A DNA stretch of 64,000 nucleotides from an uncultured Nitrososphaerota archaeon (GTDB taxonomy: Archaea > Thermoproteota > Nitrososphaeria > Conexivisphaerales > DTJL01). A program made the translations under genes and the position numbers. This document shows positions 27,566-37,527 of the stretch, piece by piece. Within the stretch, counting starts at the first letter, position 1. Every line of letters starts with the position of its first letter. The stretch lies in the NCBI GenBank assembly GCA_963842885.1, contig CAWJIE010000004.1, positions 320,001 through 384,000 on the forward strand, given 5' to 3'. Below the pieces are notes generated by a model. It did not search any database. It was given only the letters and a program-made list of their open reading frames with translations, and was not told the origin of the DNA.

Positions 27566-27970
27566 TCACTTGTGTGATGCCCTATGCAACACAGCACTCA
27601 CCAACGCCAGAAACCGGTTTGACTCATCATCAGTCAATTCGCGGACTGCAGACTGCTCAAGCATGGACGCAACCCTCGGGATAGAGCCAATTACGCTTGG
27701 CGATACCAGGTCCAAGCTCAGGGCTAGAATCAAGGTAGCTATCGATTCAGAGATGACGCCTTCTGCTTGAGAAGCCGACCTCTCCATGGAACCCAGTGAA
27801 GTCTGCTTATCTCTCATTGACAGAACTTCCTTCAACTTCAAACGGTTCTGCAAAGCATACCTTCTTACGAGAAGCGCATCAAGTTGGGCTCTCTTGAAAT
27901 GCGTCCGGTCGAAGAGAGCTCTGAACGTCTCTCGTCGTAACACATCTTCTAACACGGTTAAGTTATACAA
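27566..27970 (-). CDS. Hypothetical protein
   Basis: 134-aa helical ORF, same strand as the downstream gene. Confidence 0.55.
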   Translation of the reverse strand: MYNLTVLEDVLRRETFRALFDRTHFKRAQLDALLVRRYALQNRLKLKEVLSMRDKQTSLGSMERSASQAEGVISESIATLILALSLDLVSPSVIGSIPRVASMLEQSAVRELTDDESNRFLALVSAVLHRASHK

Positions 27971-28092
27971 ATTTGTATATTTACGTATTCTGAGATGGGC
28001 TGAGTCGCTTGGTCTCAGAGAGCCGAAGCAAACATGATACGTTTATAACACAACCAAATCCCTACTCAATAACTAAGTCACTTGGTGAGATA

Positions 28093-28329
28093 ATGGGGAG
28101 ACGTCGAAGGAAGGTATACAAACCGGTCAGAAAAACCCTGCCGAAAATATTCAATTGTCCTAGGTGTGGCGCTCCATCCGTGAAGGTTATAAAGAAATCC
28201 GAAGAATTTCATGTGATATGTGGATCTTGTGGCTTGGCATACGATTCTGCCCCGCAAAGGCCGCGCGAAGTGATAGACATCTTCAACGACTTTGTCGACG
28301 CATTTTACAAAGGCAAGATTGGGGCCTAA
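28093..28329 (+). CDS. elf1: Transcription elongation factor Elf1
   Basis: MGRRRRK...LPKIFNCPRC...CGSCG...IDIFNDFVD. Confidence 0.88.
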   Translation: MGRRRRKVYKPVRKTLPKIFNCPRCGAPSVKVIKKSEEFHVICGSCGLAYDSAPQRPREVIDIFNDFVDAFYKGKIGA

Positions 28330-28332
28330 ACT

Positions 28333-29091
28333 TTGGAGCCAAAGGTCGACTCATACATTCTCAATGAGCTCAAGACCAAGAGCGCCCTGGTCTTCGCTTT
28401 ATTGGATTCTGAGAATGTAAGCCCAGAACAATCGGCATCGATAGCCAAGAAGATCGCTAGGGCAGGAGCCGACGCCATTCTGGTCGGCGGTTCAACAGCA
28501 GTCGACCAACTAGCCCTTGACATGGTTGTCAAACGAGTTAAGCATGTTGTGACTATTCCTGTGATATTATTCCCAGGAAATGTGACCGGCGTCTCTCCAA
28601 ATGCCGACGCAATACTTTTTTCATCACTTCTCAATTCTAGTGACCCATATTTCATAATTGGTGCACAAGCTCTCGGCTCGTTATTAGTCAAGAAGTATCA
28701 CATCGAAGCACTACCTACAGGATACATCATTGCTGGGGAAGGGGGTGCCGCCGGTTTCGTCGGCAGAATTCACTCATTCCCTCAGAACAAACCGGAGCTT
28801 GTTGCTCTCTATGCGCTTGCCGCTCAGTACCTAGGAATGAGATATGTGTACCTTGAAGCGGGATCGGGCGCTTCCTCAGTTATACCAGCTGGAACAATTG
28901 CAAGGGTGCGAAAACTATACGAAGGCCTTCTCTTGGTTGGAGGAGGCATAAGAGACCAGAGAACGGCCCTTGCAGCCATCGAAGCTGGGGCCGACATAAT
29001 AGTAGTTGGTAATCTGATTGAAACACAAGGTTTCGAAGAAGTTCTACGGCAAATATCTTTGGTCGCACACCATAAGCGATCTAAGAGATAG
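28333..29091 (+). CDS. pcrB: Geranylgeranylglyceryl phosphate synthase
   Basis: DAILVGGS, ILFPG, SLLNS, YLEAGSGA, VGGGIR. Confidence 0.93.
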   Translation: MEPKVDSYILNELKTKSALVFALLDSENVSPEQSASIAKKIARAGADAILVGGSTAVDQLALDMVVKRVKHVVTIPVILFPGNVTGVSPNADAILFSSLLNSSDPYFIIGAQALGSLLVKKYHIEALPTGYIIAGEGGAAGFVGRIHSFPQNKPELVALYALAAQYLGMRYVYLEAGSGASSVIPAGTIARVRKLYEGLLLVGGGIRDQRTALAAIEAGADIIVVGNLIETQGFEEVLRQISLVAHHKRSKR

Positions 29092-29097
29092 AGCGTC

Positions 29098-32088
29098 TTG
29101 GGACTTAATCGAGAGAAGCCAAACCTTGACGTAATTCAAAGAACCCTTAAACAACTTGAAGGCATGCCGTTGCAGGCATACTATGAAGGCATTTCCGATT
29201 CCTATCAGAGAGCATATCGATACACCATAACCGTAAAGGAGAAAAGCAACGACCCAGATCCTTGGCCACAATCACAAGAAGTATGTGACAAAGCAGATCG
29301 ACTTGAGGCACTCACACAAATCCACGGAATCGACAAACGACTCCGGGAGTATGAATCAAGCTCCTCAGTCGTCGAGACCGCTCTCAAGCTGTCTGAAGAC
29401 ATAGCGCTCGGCCACTTCGGTTTCTTCGAAAAAGAACAAACCTTGAATTTAGCCATAAAAGCCTCAGTTGCAGTTGTGACATCTTATGTGAGCGCTCTCC
29501 CTGTAGAGGACATCACAAAGGTCGTCATCAAGAAGAACGGTGATGGCACGCTTTATCCAGCCGTCTTCTTCGGTCAGATATCAAACATCATCTCTCCGCT
29601 TCAAGCTTCGTTTCTCCTCCTTATCGTCGACAAAATACGAATCATGGTCGGCTTGGATAAATATCACGTTAACTCCACGGGCGAGGACGAGATTGCCCGG
29701 TTCTTAGAAGAAGTTGGTGCGTATGAAAGGGAAGTAGGTCCCTTTGAATCGCACATCAACGAGAGCCACCTGCGTCTGGTCCTGCAAAACTTGCCTATCG
29801 AAGTTGATGGCTATGGAACCGAGGATTTTGAAGTCTTGATTAACAGAGGACTCAGTAGGATCAGAGACAACAGACTCAGAGGCGGCGCCCTGCATGTTCT
29901 AATCGAGGGAATCATCGGCAACTCAGCTCGTCTTTACTCTCTGTCAAAGGAACTGCAGCTACAGGAATGGACTTGGTTGACCGGCCTGGATAACGCCGGG
30001 AAGCCGAAAGGTCCTGGAGACCTCCAATCTTACATTCTCAACGCGAAGCCTGGCAAACCTGTTTTGTCGTTACCAGACAGGCAAGGGAGTTTTCGACTGC
30101 GCTACGGCAGGGCTCAAAATACCGGGTATGGTTGCTTCGGATTCCACCCTGCTGTCCTTGAACTCCTCGATTTCCCTATAACCACGGGAACGCAAATCAA
30201 AGTTAGCATCGCTAACCGGACCGGGTCTGTAGCCGTAGTCGACTCTCTGGAGCCCCCAATCATACGGCTTAACAATGGTGACACATGCAGGGTTGATAGC
30301 ACCGATCAGGCCAGGGCTTTGAAGGAACAAGTGGAATCCATCATTCATCTAGGGGATGTACTAGTATCACCCAACGAATTCTCCAGTTCGGGCAGCAAGC
30401 TGGAGCCATCAGGCTACGTCGAGGAGTGGTGGATTTCGGACCTTCACAGGAGTCAAGAAGATAGACACCTCGACTTGCAACAGCTTTCAGCCCTCACAAC
30501 CCTCGACATCAACAGGCTTCAGATGATGTTGACTAATCCTCTCTCCGTCAGACCGACCCTTTCCGAGTCAATACAACTTTGTGATGTGATAGGAATTCCC
30601 CTTCACCCTCGCTACTTGTACTACTGGGACGCACTCACCATAAAAGACGTATTTACGCTGAGAGAGAACATTGTAGACTACAAGGATGTGAGACCAGACA
30701 CCCGCTCTCTCACATTCATATACTCCCAACAAACCAAACGAATCCTCGACGCAGCCGGGATTCCGCACAAACTCTCAGCCTCTTTGCTAACTGTCTCAGG
30801 AGATGACGCGAGAACAACATATCTGACCTTGGCTCCGGACAAAACGATTCCTCTCGGGGCCACGTATTCTGATACTCTGACTCTTCTCAAGTTCCTATGT
30901 GGCTTCGAACTAAAAAAGAAAGCATCGACACTTGTTGGTGTAGCAATGAGGCGGGTTGAGATAGCTAGCGAACGAAAAATGAGACCGCCTGTGCACGTGT
31001 TATTTCCCGTTGGAACGAAGGCCGGACTTTCTCGAGATCTTCTGCAATTCTCGCGCTCACCGTCTAAAGTAGAAATCCGCATGAGAGTATGTCCTTCCTG
31101 TAACTCACAATCGCCATATGAATCGTGTCCGTTCTGCGAATCGCGGACTTCACAGCTGTATTATTGCACAACTTGCAGAAAGGAGAGCCGTGATGCAACG
31201 TGTCCAGACTGTGGAAACACGACATCTGATTCTGTGACTGCCGTCCCCCGGATGCAAGATCTCCTAAGGGCCGCTTCGACTAGTCTAAGCCTCCAACCTT
31301 ATCCTCCCCTTAAGGGCGTGATCAAACTCTCTAACCGTTTGCTGATGCCCGAACGACTAGAGAAAGGCATTCTTAGACAAAGGCATAACCTTACCGGCTT
31401 CAAAGACGGAACAACCAGATACGACACGGTCAATGCGCCACTGACTCATTTCAAGCCCTCTCAGTTTCACATGAACATCAAGACTCTTCATGACTTGGGC
31501 TATACCATAGATAGATACGGCCAACCCCTTGAGTCAGAAGAGCAAATCCTAGAACTCAAGCCGCAGGACGTGATTCTCCCTGAGGAAAGCGGCGATTATT
31601 TCAAAAGGCTGGCTGCATACTTAGACGACCTTCTGTCCCGTTTCTCCAAGGTAGAAACCTACTACAACGTTCAGAATCAAGAAGACCTGCTCGGCACTCT
31701 CGTGGTTGGGATATCTCCCAAGGCCTCGATTGGCGTCATAGGCAGAATCATAGGCTTCACAAGTGCGCGAATTTGTTATGCTCATCCAATGTGGCATGCA
31801 GCTAAGCATCGCGATTGTGGAGGTGACGTCGATTCACTGACTTTGCTCCTAGACGTGATGTTAAACTACTCTCCGAAGCTTTGTCCAAATCAGCTAGGGG
31901 GACTACTCGACGTCCCCTTCATGATCGAGCCAATCGTCTTACCCCCAATTATGTCCAAAGGAACCTCATTCGACGCATTAGATTCATACACCCAAGAATT
32001 CTATAACAAAGTCAGCGCCAGACCGCGGCTGCAGTCATTCGAAGAACCTATTTCTAACCCACAGAGTGCAGGAAGAAACCCACCCTAG
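29098..32088 (+). CDS. polC: DNA polymerase D large subunit DP2 (main part), polymerase predicted inactive
   Basis: FRLRYGR, IHLGDVLV, YVEEWW, PLHPRY, ERLEKGILR, FKDGTTRYD, NAPLTHFKP, GRIIGF; catalytic motif reads HAAKHRDCGGDVD. Confidence 0.9.
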   Translation: MGLNREKPNLDVIQRTLKQLEGMPLQAYYEGISDSYQRAYRYTITVKEKSNDPDPWPQSQEVCDKADRLEALTQIHGIDKRLREYESSSSVVETALKLSEDIALGHFGFFEKEQTLNLAIKASVAVVTSYVSALPVEDITKVVIKKNGDGTLYPAVFFGQISNIISPLQASFLLLIVDKIRIMVGLDKYHVNSTGEDEIARFLEEVGAYEREVGPFESHINESHLRLVLQNLPIEVDGYGTEDFEVLINRGLSRIRDNRLRGGALHVLIEGIIGNSARLYSLSKELQLQEWTWLTGLDNAGKPKGPGDLQSYILNAKPGKPVLSLPDRQGSFRLRYGRAQNTGYGCFGFHPAVLELLDFPITTGTQIKVSIANRTGSVAVVDSLEPPIIRLNNGDTCRVDSTDQARALKEQVESIIHLGDVLVSPNEFSSSGSKLEPSGYVEEWWISDLHRSQEDRHLDLQQLSALTTLDINRLQMMLTNPLSVRPTLSESIQLCDVIGIPLHPRYLYYWDALTIKDVFTLRENIVDYKDVRPDTRSLTFIYSQQTKRILDAAGIPHKLSASLLTVSGDDARTTYLTLAPDKTIPLGATYSDTLTLLKFLCGFELKKKASTLVGVAMRRVEIASERKMRPPVHVLFPVGTKAGLSRDLLQFSRSPSKVEIRMRVCPSCNSQSPYESCPFCESRTSQLYYCTTCRKESRDATCPDCGNTTSDSVTAVPRMQDLLRAASTSLSLQPYPPLKGVIKLSNRLLMPERLEKGILRQRHNLTGFKDGTTRYDTVNAPLTHFKPSQFHMNIKTLHDLGYTIDRYGQPLESEEQILELKPQDVILPEESGDYFKRLAAYLDDLLSRFSKVETYYNVQNQEDLLGTLVVGISPKASIGVIGRIIGFTSARICYAHPMWHAAKHRDCGGDVDSLTLLLDVMLNYSPKLCPNQLGGLLDVPFMIEPIVLPPIMSKGTSFDALDSYTQEFYNKVSARPRLQSFEEPISNPQSAGRNPP

Positions 32089-32557
32089 ACCAATATATGA
32101 CTATACACATTGGTCATCGATAGTCGTCGCTTCGCAGCCGCGGTCACAATACGCCACTCCTGGACCCATGCCCGACAAAGTTAGCAAGCAGATAATTATC
32201 GCAAACAAAATCAGGGCCGTCGACGTCGACGGCCTCGTCTCTTCTCTGTTAAATAACTACCTAGTCAAAGAGATAGTTCACAGCCTAGATGCCTATTCCA
32301 CTCAGAAGTTCCGTTGTAAGGGATGTGGTGAGACGTATCGCCGCCCGCCTCTAAAGGGAACATGTTTGACCTGTGGTCGGGAACTCCTTCCAACCGTAAC
32401 GTTAGCCGCGGTTGAGAAATACACGCTATTAGCTAGCGAACTGACTAAATCACACGAAATAACCCAATCAATCAAAGACAAGGTAACGTTGGCACTAGAG
32501 AACATCCAGCTCCTCTCCGAATCGAAGAAACAGACTTCTATCTCAGATTATGTATGA
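32066..32557 (+). CDS. polC: DP2 C-terminal part (+1 frame relative to the main part)
   Basis: KIRAVD, QKFRCKGC...YRRPPL...CLTCG, VEKY, PIP-box-like KQTSISDY. Confidence 0.85.
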   Translation: MQEETHPRPIYDYTHWSSIVVASQPRSQYATPGPMPDKVSKQIIIANKIRAVDVDGLVSSLLNNYLVKEIVHSLDAYSTQKFRCKGCGETYRRPPLKGTCLTCGRELLPTVTLAAVEKYTLLASELTKSHEITQSIKDKVTLALENIQLLSESKKQTSISDYV

Positions 32558-33880
32558 CTATCTCAATGAGATGTATTCATAGGCATCCTTCGCCGTATCG
32601 AAAGCATAACCGATTCTTTGATATCCACGTCGCAGGTCCCTCACTTCACTTGCTACCTTGTTAGGCTCTTCACCTCTAACCACAATCTTCGCTATCAATT
32701 CAGCGACTTGATCCATCTGATCTGTGCCCATACCTAGCCTAGTCAATTCTTGAACCCCAAAACGGAGACCCCCCGGATGGTCGAAATGCCTCCCCGCCTT
32801 GATATCTGTAGGTATCATATTCCTATTGGCGATTATGTTAGCCGATTCAAGCCTCTTCTCCAACGTTCCACCGTCTCCATATCTCGTCACATCTACCAGC
32901 ACTTGATGCGAACGTGTAAAACCAAGCCTCTCACCAAAAACATCAATCCCTCTTGAGCTAAGCGACTCAGCCAACCTTCTAGAATTCTTGATTATTTCTT
33001 GGGCGTATAATTCGCCGAAAGCTAACATTTCCGCAAAAGCAACGGCTTTCCCAGCCACATGATGAAGATGGTGATTCGAGACATTGCCTGGGAAGGTGGC
33101 TCTCTTAATAGCATCTTCGTACCTATTCCAAGACAAAACGATACCCCCCTGCGGGCCAGGTAAGGTCTTATGCGTGCTTCCCGTTACCACGTCAGCGCCC
33201 TCCCTCAAAGGATCTTGAAATTGCTTACCAGCAATCAATCCCAAGACATGTGCACCATCATATTGAACCGAGGCCCCGATTGAATGGAAAAACGATTCGA
33301 GCTCCTTAACCGGATGTGGGAAAAGGAAAACAGACGCGCCGAAGATGACCATCTTCGGCCTAATCCCTTCCGCCTCCAGCTTCTTCACCTTCGCAATGGT
33401 GCCATCCACGTCAACGTTCATCGATTCTTGATTAAAGACAAGGTACTCTACCTTCAGGCCTCGTACGCTACCAGCAGTCCCGCCGAGTTCGCTCCTACCA
33501 TACGAAATGTGACCTCCGTTAGGTATCGAAAGAGCCATCACAGTATCTCCCGGGTTCGTTAGGACCGTGTAAACGATCAGGTTGGAGTTCACGCCTGAGA
33601 TTGGGCGCACATCGACGAATTCGGCGTCGAACAACTGTTTAGCTAACCGAATGGCGATCCTCTCAACCTCGTCAATGTAGGTGCAGCCAGCATAGACTCT
33701 CTCTCCCGGCCACCCCTCAGCATATCTATTACCGAAATCCGAGACTATAGCTTCCTTGACGGCGGCACTCACGATGTTCTCGGACGCAATCAAAGGCAGA
33801 CATTCGGAGAACCACTTATGATGAGCTCTAAGAAGCTCAAAGATCTTGGCATAATCATCACGGACGCTATCCGTTCTCAT
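32558..33880 (-). CDS. glyA: Serine hydroxymethyltransferase
   Basis: LIASEN, RYAEG, GGHISY, STHKTLPGPQGG. Confidence 0.96.
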   Translation of the reverse strand: MRTDSVRDDYAKIFELLRAHHKWFSECLPLIASENIVSAAVKEAIVSDFGNRYAEGWPGERVYAGCTYIDEVERIAIRLAKQLFDAEFVDVRPISGVNSNLIVYTVLTNPGDTVMALSIPNGGHISYGRSELGGTAGSVRGLKVEYLVFNQESMNVDVDGTIAKVKKLEAEGIRPKMVIFGASVFLFPHPVKELESFFHSIGASVQYDGAHVLGLIAGKQFQDPLREGADVVTGSTHKTLPGPQGGIVLSWNRYEDAIKRATFPGNVSNHHLHHVAGKAVAFAEMLAFGELYAQEIIKNSRRLAESLSSRGIDVFGERLGFTRSHQVLVDVTRYGDGGTLEKRLESANIIANRNMIPTDIKAGRHFDHPGGLRFGVQELTRLGMGTDQMDQVAELIAKIVVRGEEPNKVASEVRDLRRGYQRIGYAFDTAKDAYEYISLR

Positions 33881-33992
33881 GGCTAGGATATGGAGTAAGC
33901 CGACTTTTTAATATGTCCGGAGAACGGTTCCATCGCCAAACCTATGTAAACACCTTCGAAGTCATATCGATACAAAGGAGCTATCGACAGGC

Positions 33993-34160
33993 ACGAGTAC
34001 AAAGAAGCAACGGAAAAGCCCCTCCCTTTCTCAAGTGCTGGTCTTCCACGCTCTTTTAAGGACGATACGCCGGGCTTTCAGATGAATCCAGAGGTCATCA
34101 GAGGCGTAGGAGTCACCCTAATCGTTGGCTCCTTAATGGTCTTGACAGTCCTCAAATAGA
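33993..34160 (+). pseudogene. Sec61beta/SecG-like gene, apparently damaged
   Basis: KPLPFSSAGLPRSFKDDTPGFQMNPEV plus a TM helix; ACG where ATG is expected and a frameshift in the Lys-rich N-terminus. Confidence 0.6.
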
Positions 34161-34210
34161 CGAAAGATTAATAGTCACAGCGAATACGCTTATATCCCAA
34201 CCTACAACGG

Positions 34211-36004
34211 GTGCACGATGGATTCATGGAAAGCGCCTCAGCCAGCATGGCGAAGAGATTCCAGCTGCTCTTCGTCCTTCCCAAATCCCTTTATTCCATC
34301 ATAACTTCATATCTTGCAATCATTTCCTTACTCGCATTCTGTTACGAATACTGCTTCGGCCTGCAGCTGCCGTTCTCCATCATCATGCTCGCTCTCATCG
34401 TAATCATCCAAGGACTCGTGTTGCGGATACTCAAAATCATCTCATCTCACCTTTCTCCGATAGCCACCACTAGGAGGATAGCCGCTAGCTTAGTCATCGT
34501 CAACGCAATCTGGCTTGTCACGACACTCTTGATATTGCTCGCAAAAGGTTTCGATCCCTCAGGCGCTTCGTATTCATTCATGTTTACTTCGTTCGTCTCC
34601 CTGGCCTTAGGCATACTCATTTTCTGGCCCGTCTTCACTGAGTCTGTATGGCTTGCCATAGCGATTTCGACTCTCAACATACTTCCACTTACTCTCAGAT
34701 TCTCTCTGCTGACAACTTACAGCGCCTCTCCAATCCTAGCCCTTCCATTCGCCTTTGGACTTGGCTTCCTTGTCGTCACGTTGATAACGCTGAATTGGAT
34801 TAACGGAGCAGCCAAGAAACATCTTACGGTGCCTTCGTTCAAGCTCTTGAAGGCTTTCCTAGATGCTTGGACGAACCTAAATGGTCAAGCTCTTGAATCG
34901 ATACTCTCGACGTTTGGAGAGGAAGGCCCCATCTCCACATACTTGCTTGAATTCTCTACAGAGTTGAAGAAGAAGAAGGCGGCCCTTGTGGTTCCGGAAG
35001 TTCACCCAGGTCCATTCGCGCCTGTCGGAGCATTCGACCTTCCGGGCAAGATATACTGGTATTTGAGACAAAGAGGATACGACGAAGCCTTCATCCTTCA
35101 CGGGGCCGTCGACCACTCCTTGAACCTCTTCAGCTCTCAAGACGTAGAACACTACCTAAATCAGCTTACCATACCACCCACCGAAGGCACATTCAGCAAC
35201 AAACTCTCTTCTCCTTTGGTAAGAGAATCTGGAGATGTCGTGGTCACGGGGTTCCGATTTGGAGATTCACTTTGTCTCTTCATCTCCGTGCCAAAGGGAT
35301 CGGAAGACTATCCCTCCAGTTTTCGTGAAGCAGTGAAAAACTTGTGTGCTAAGATTGGTTATCGAAGGGTGATTCTAGTCGACGCACACAATTCGATAGG
35401 AGATAACCCCTCCAACGCATTACAGTCGGACGCCCTTGAAGGAATCAAACATGTGGCTTCAGAGCTCTTCTCCGCTCCGCAGTACGAAACTAACTTCGGC
35501 TTCGCAAACAAACAATTCACATTTGCTTCAATCAACAACGCAGACATAGGAGCTGGAGGCATCGGCTGCCTAGTCTTGGAAGTCAACGGCGTCAGCCATG
35601 CCATCGTCTCGGCTGACTCCAACAACGCCGCAGTGGGGTTACGACATGAAATAGACATGGCCCTAGCCGAGAAGTCAATCCATCTGCTGGAGTTTTGCAC
35701 GTCCGACTCCCATTTCAACGCAGCAAGGATTCGGAACAAAAAAGGCTATCTGGTCCTCGGCGAAACCACAACTCCCAACAAGGTCACTAACGACATATCA
35801 GAACTGGCCGAGCAAGCCAGAATGAACATGAGTAAGGCCTCCATCGGATTCTACGAATGGGTTTCACATGTACGGCTTCCCAAGGCCGACCTCCTCAGTC
35901 AAATGGAAGCAACCCTTACGGATGCCCTCAACGCCACCAAGAGAGGCCTTTTGATTGTCTTCGGCCTACTGTTAGTGGAACTAGCCATACTGCTCATCAT
36001 CTGA
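34211..36004 (+). CDS. DUF2070-family membrane protein
   Basis: N-terminal TM bundle; HPGPF, HG..DH, DAHN, DSNN, TSDSH. Confidence 0.85.
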   Translation: MHDGFMESASASMAKRFQLLFVLPKSLYSIITSYLAIISLLAFCYEYCFGLQLPFSIIMLALIVIIQGLVLRILKIISSHLSPIATTRRIAASLVIVNAIWLVTTLLILLAKGFDPSGASYSFMFTSFVSLALGILIFWPVFTESVWLAIAISTLNILPLTLRFSLLTTYSASPILALPFAFGLGFLVVTLITLNWINGAAKKHLTVPSFKLLKAFLDAWTNLNGQALESILSTFGEEGPISTYLLEFSTELKKKKAALVVPEVHPGPFAPVGAFDLPGKIYWYLRQRGYDEAFILHGAVDHSLNLFSSQDVEHYLNQLTIPPTEGTFSNKLSSPLVRESGDVVVTGFRFGDSLCLFISVPKGSEDYPSSFREAVKNLCAKIGYRRVILVDAHNSIGDNPSNALQSDALEGIKHVASELFSAPQYETNFGFANKQFTFASINNADIGAGGIGCLVLEVNGVSHAIVSADSNNAAVGLRHEIDMALAEKSIHLLEFCTSDSHFNAARIRNKKGYLVLGETTTPNKVTNDISELAEQARMNMSKASIGFYEWVSHVRLPKADLLSQMEATLTDALNATKRGLLIVFGLLLVELAILLII

Positions 36005-36074
36005 GAGGTCAGACCAACGAAAACGTATAGGTTAATATAACAAACAGGCAGCCTTCTTTCCGGCAGCCTTCACA

Positions 36075-37527
36075 TTGCCGGATGACAGACTAGACAAGAT
36101 CCTCCATGAGATGATCAAGCAGCGTAACGACCTCACAAAGGATCAGCTTCTTGGCCTCATCGCCGAGAAGAAGAGGAAAATCGGTTCCGGGTTCTTGACA
36201 GATACAGGTGCCGGCTACTTGGTGGCCAGCGAACTGAACATAGATCTCAACAACGTTGGTCTCAACGATTACTCTCTCAAGGACCTCGGACCAGGGATGG
36301 TAGCCGTAAATGTAAAGTCTTACTTCTTGGCTGCATCCGGAGCCCGGAGCTTCAACCGCAAGGATGGATTGGAGGGAACGTACCGTTCAGTCTTCCTTTT
36401 CGATGACAGCATCACCACTAAGGCTCATGCTGTGGGATGCCCAAGCTAGGGACGATTCGTTCGCAACAATCTCCGTCGGCGAGCCAATAAGAGTGTCAAA
36501 CGTGACGACGAGGATGGGAAGAGACAACGTCTTGGAGATTCATTCGAGCCCCCAAACGAAGATAGAGCTGCTGGACTCGCATGTCGACGGCTCCAAGAGG
36601 CTCGACACAGTGACCCTCAGGACCTCCGACGTAGGTTTCGCGAGGAGGGGTCTAGTCGTCAGGGGCTTCGTCACCAGCGACCCCAAACCGATATCCTTCC
36701 AGAGGCAAGATGGTTCAGCCGGGAAGGCACTTCAACTCACCTTGTCAAGCCAAAACTCCGCCGAGTCGAACCTCAGACTGGTCCTTTGGTCGTATCGCCC
36801 TGAATATGAAACACAGGTGAGACGGGGCATGGAAATTAGACTGATCAACCTAGAATCAAAAGCCCAACCTGCTGGCTCGTACGAGCTTCAAGGCAACGAA
36901 GACACGACGATTGAACTTCTTACATCTTCCGATATCAACCAGCAGTCGACTGGCGAAGAGCCTTTTGTCGTGATATCCATAGGCCCGATAACCGACTTTG
37001 CGGGCAGGCAACGAAGGTCGACGTTATTGGGAAGGGACAAACACACCTTCCTTCTCACAGCCAGCGATGTTTCAGCCCGCTTGTTTGACAGCATCGATTC
37101 CGGCGACCAAATTAGGCTGAAGAACTACTTCATCAAAGGAGACGAAATCTTCGTTTCAAATCTCTCCGAAGACGATCTCCAGCTCTTGGGGAGTTCGCAA
37201 GAGAAGCTTAACCAATTCAAGTTCAGAATTCAAGACCTACCTAACGTGCACACGGCCGGTCTTATCGAGTTGGTCGTCTTGGCCAAGCCTGTTGCTAAGG
37301 ATATCATCTTGAGAGATGGCAAGACGGTTCCAATGGGTGAAGTCTTGGTCGGCGATGAGACAGGTGAAAGCAGGCTTGTAGCATGGCGGGGCCTTTCAGA
37401 CATCTTGAACGGCCTGTTGCCCGGGGCAAGGTTGCTCATCTACGGCGCCGTGCCTAAGACTGACAGCCGTGGGAATCACTCCATAGAGTTGAGAGACTAT
37501 TCGTCTGTTCAGCATATACTAAGCTAG
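36075..37527 (+). CDS. rpa: Replication protein A (multi-OB-fold), frameshifted near 36420
   Basis: GFLTDTGAGYLVASEL; OB motifs FNRKDG, LMLWD, FQRQDG, GDETGESRLVAW spread over two frames. Confidence 0.8.

Noticed and set aside
36364-36449. RPA, PxpBC and GNAT splits as programmed frameshifts
   Set aside because: Unrelated genes with no shared slippery motif; assembly indels are the simpler explanation.
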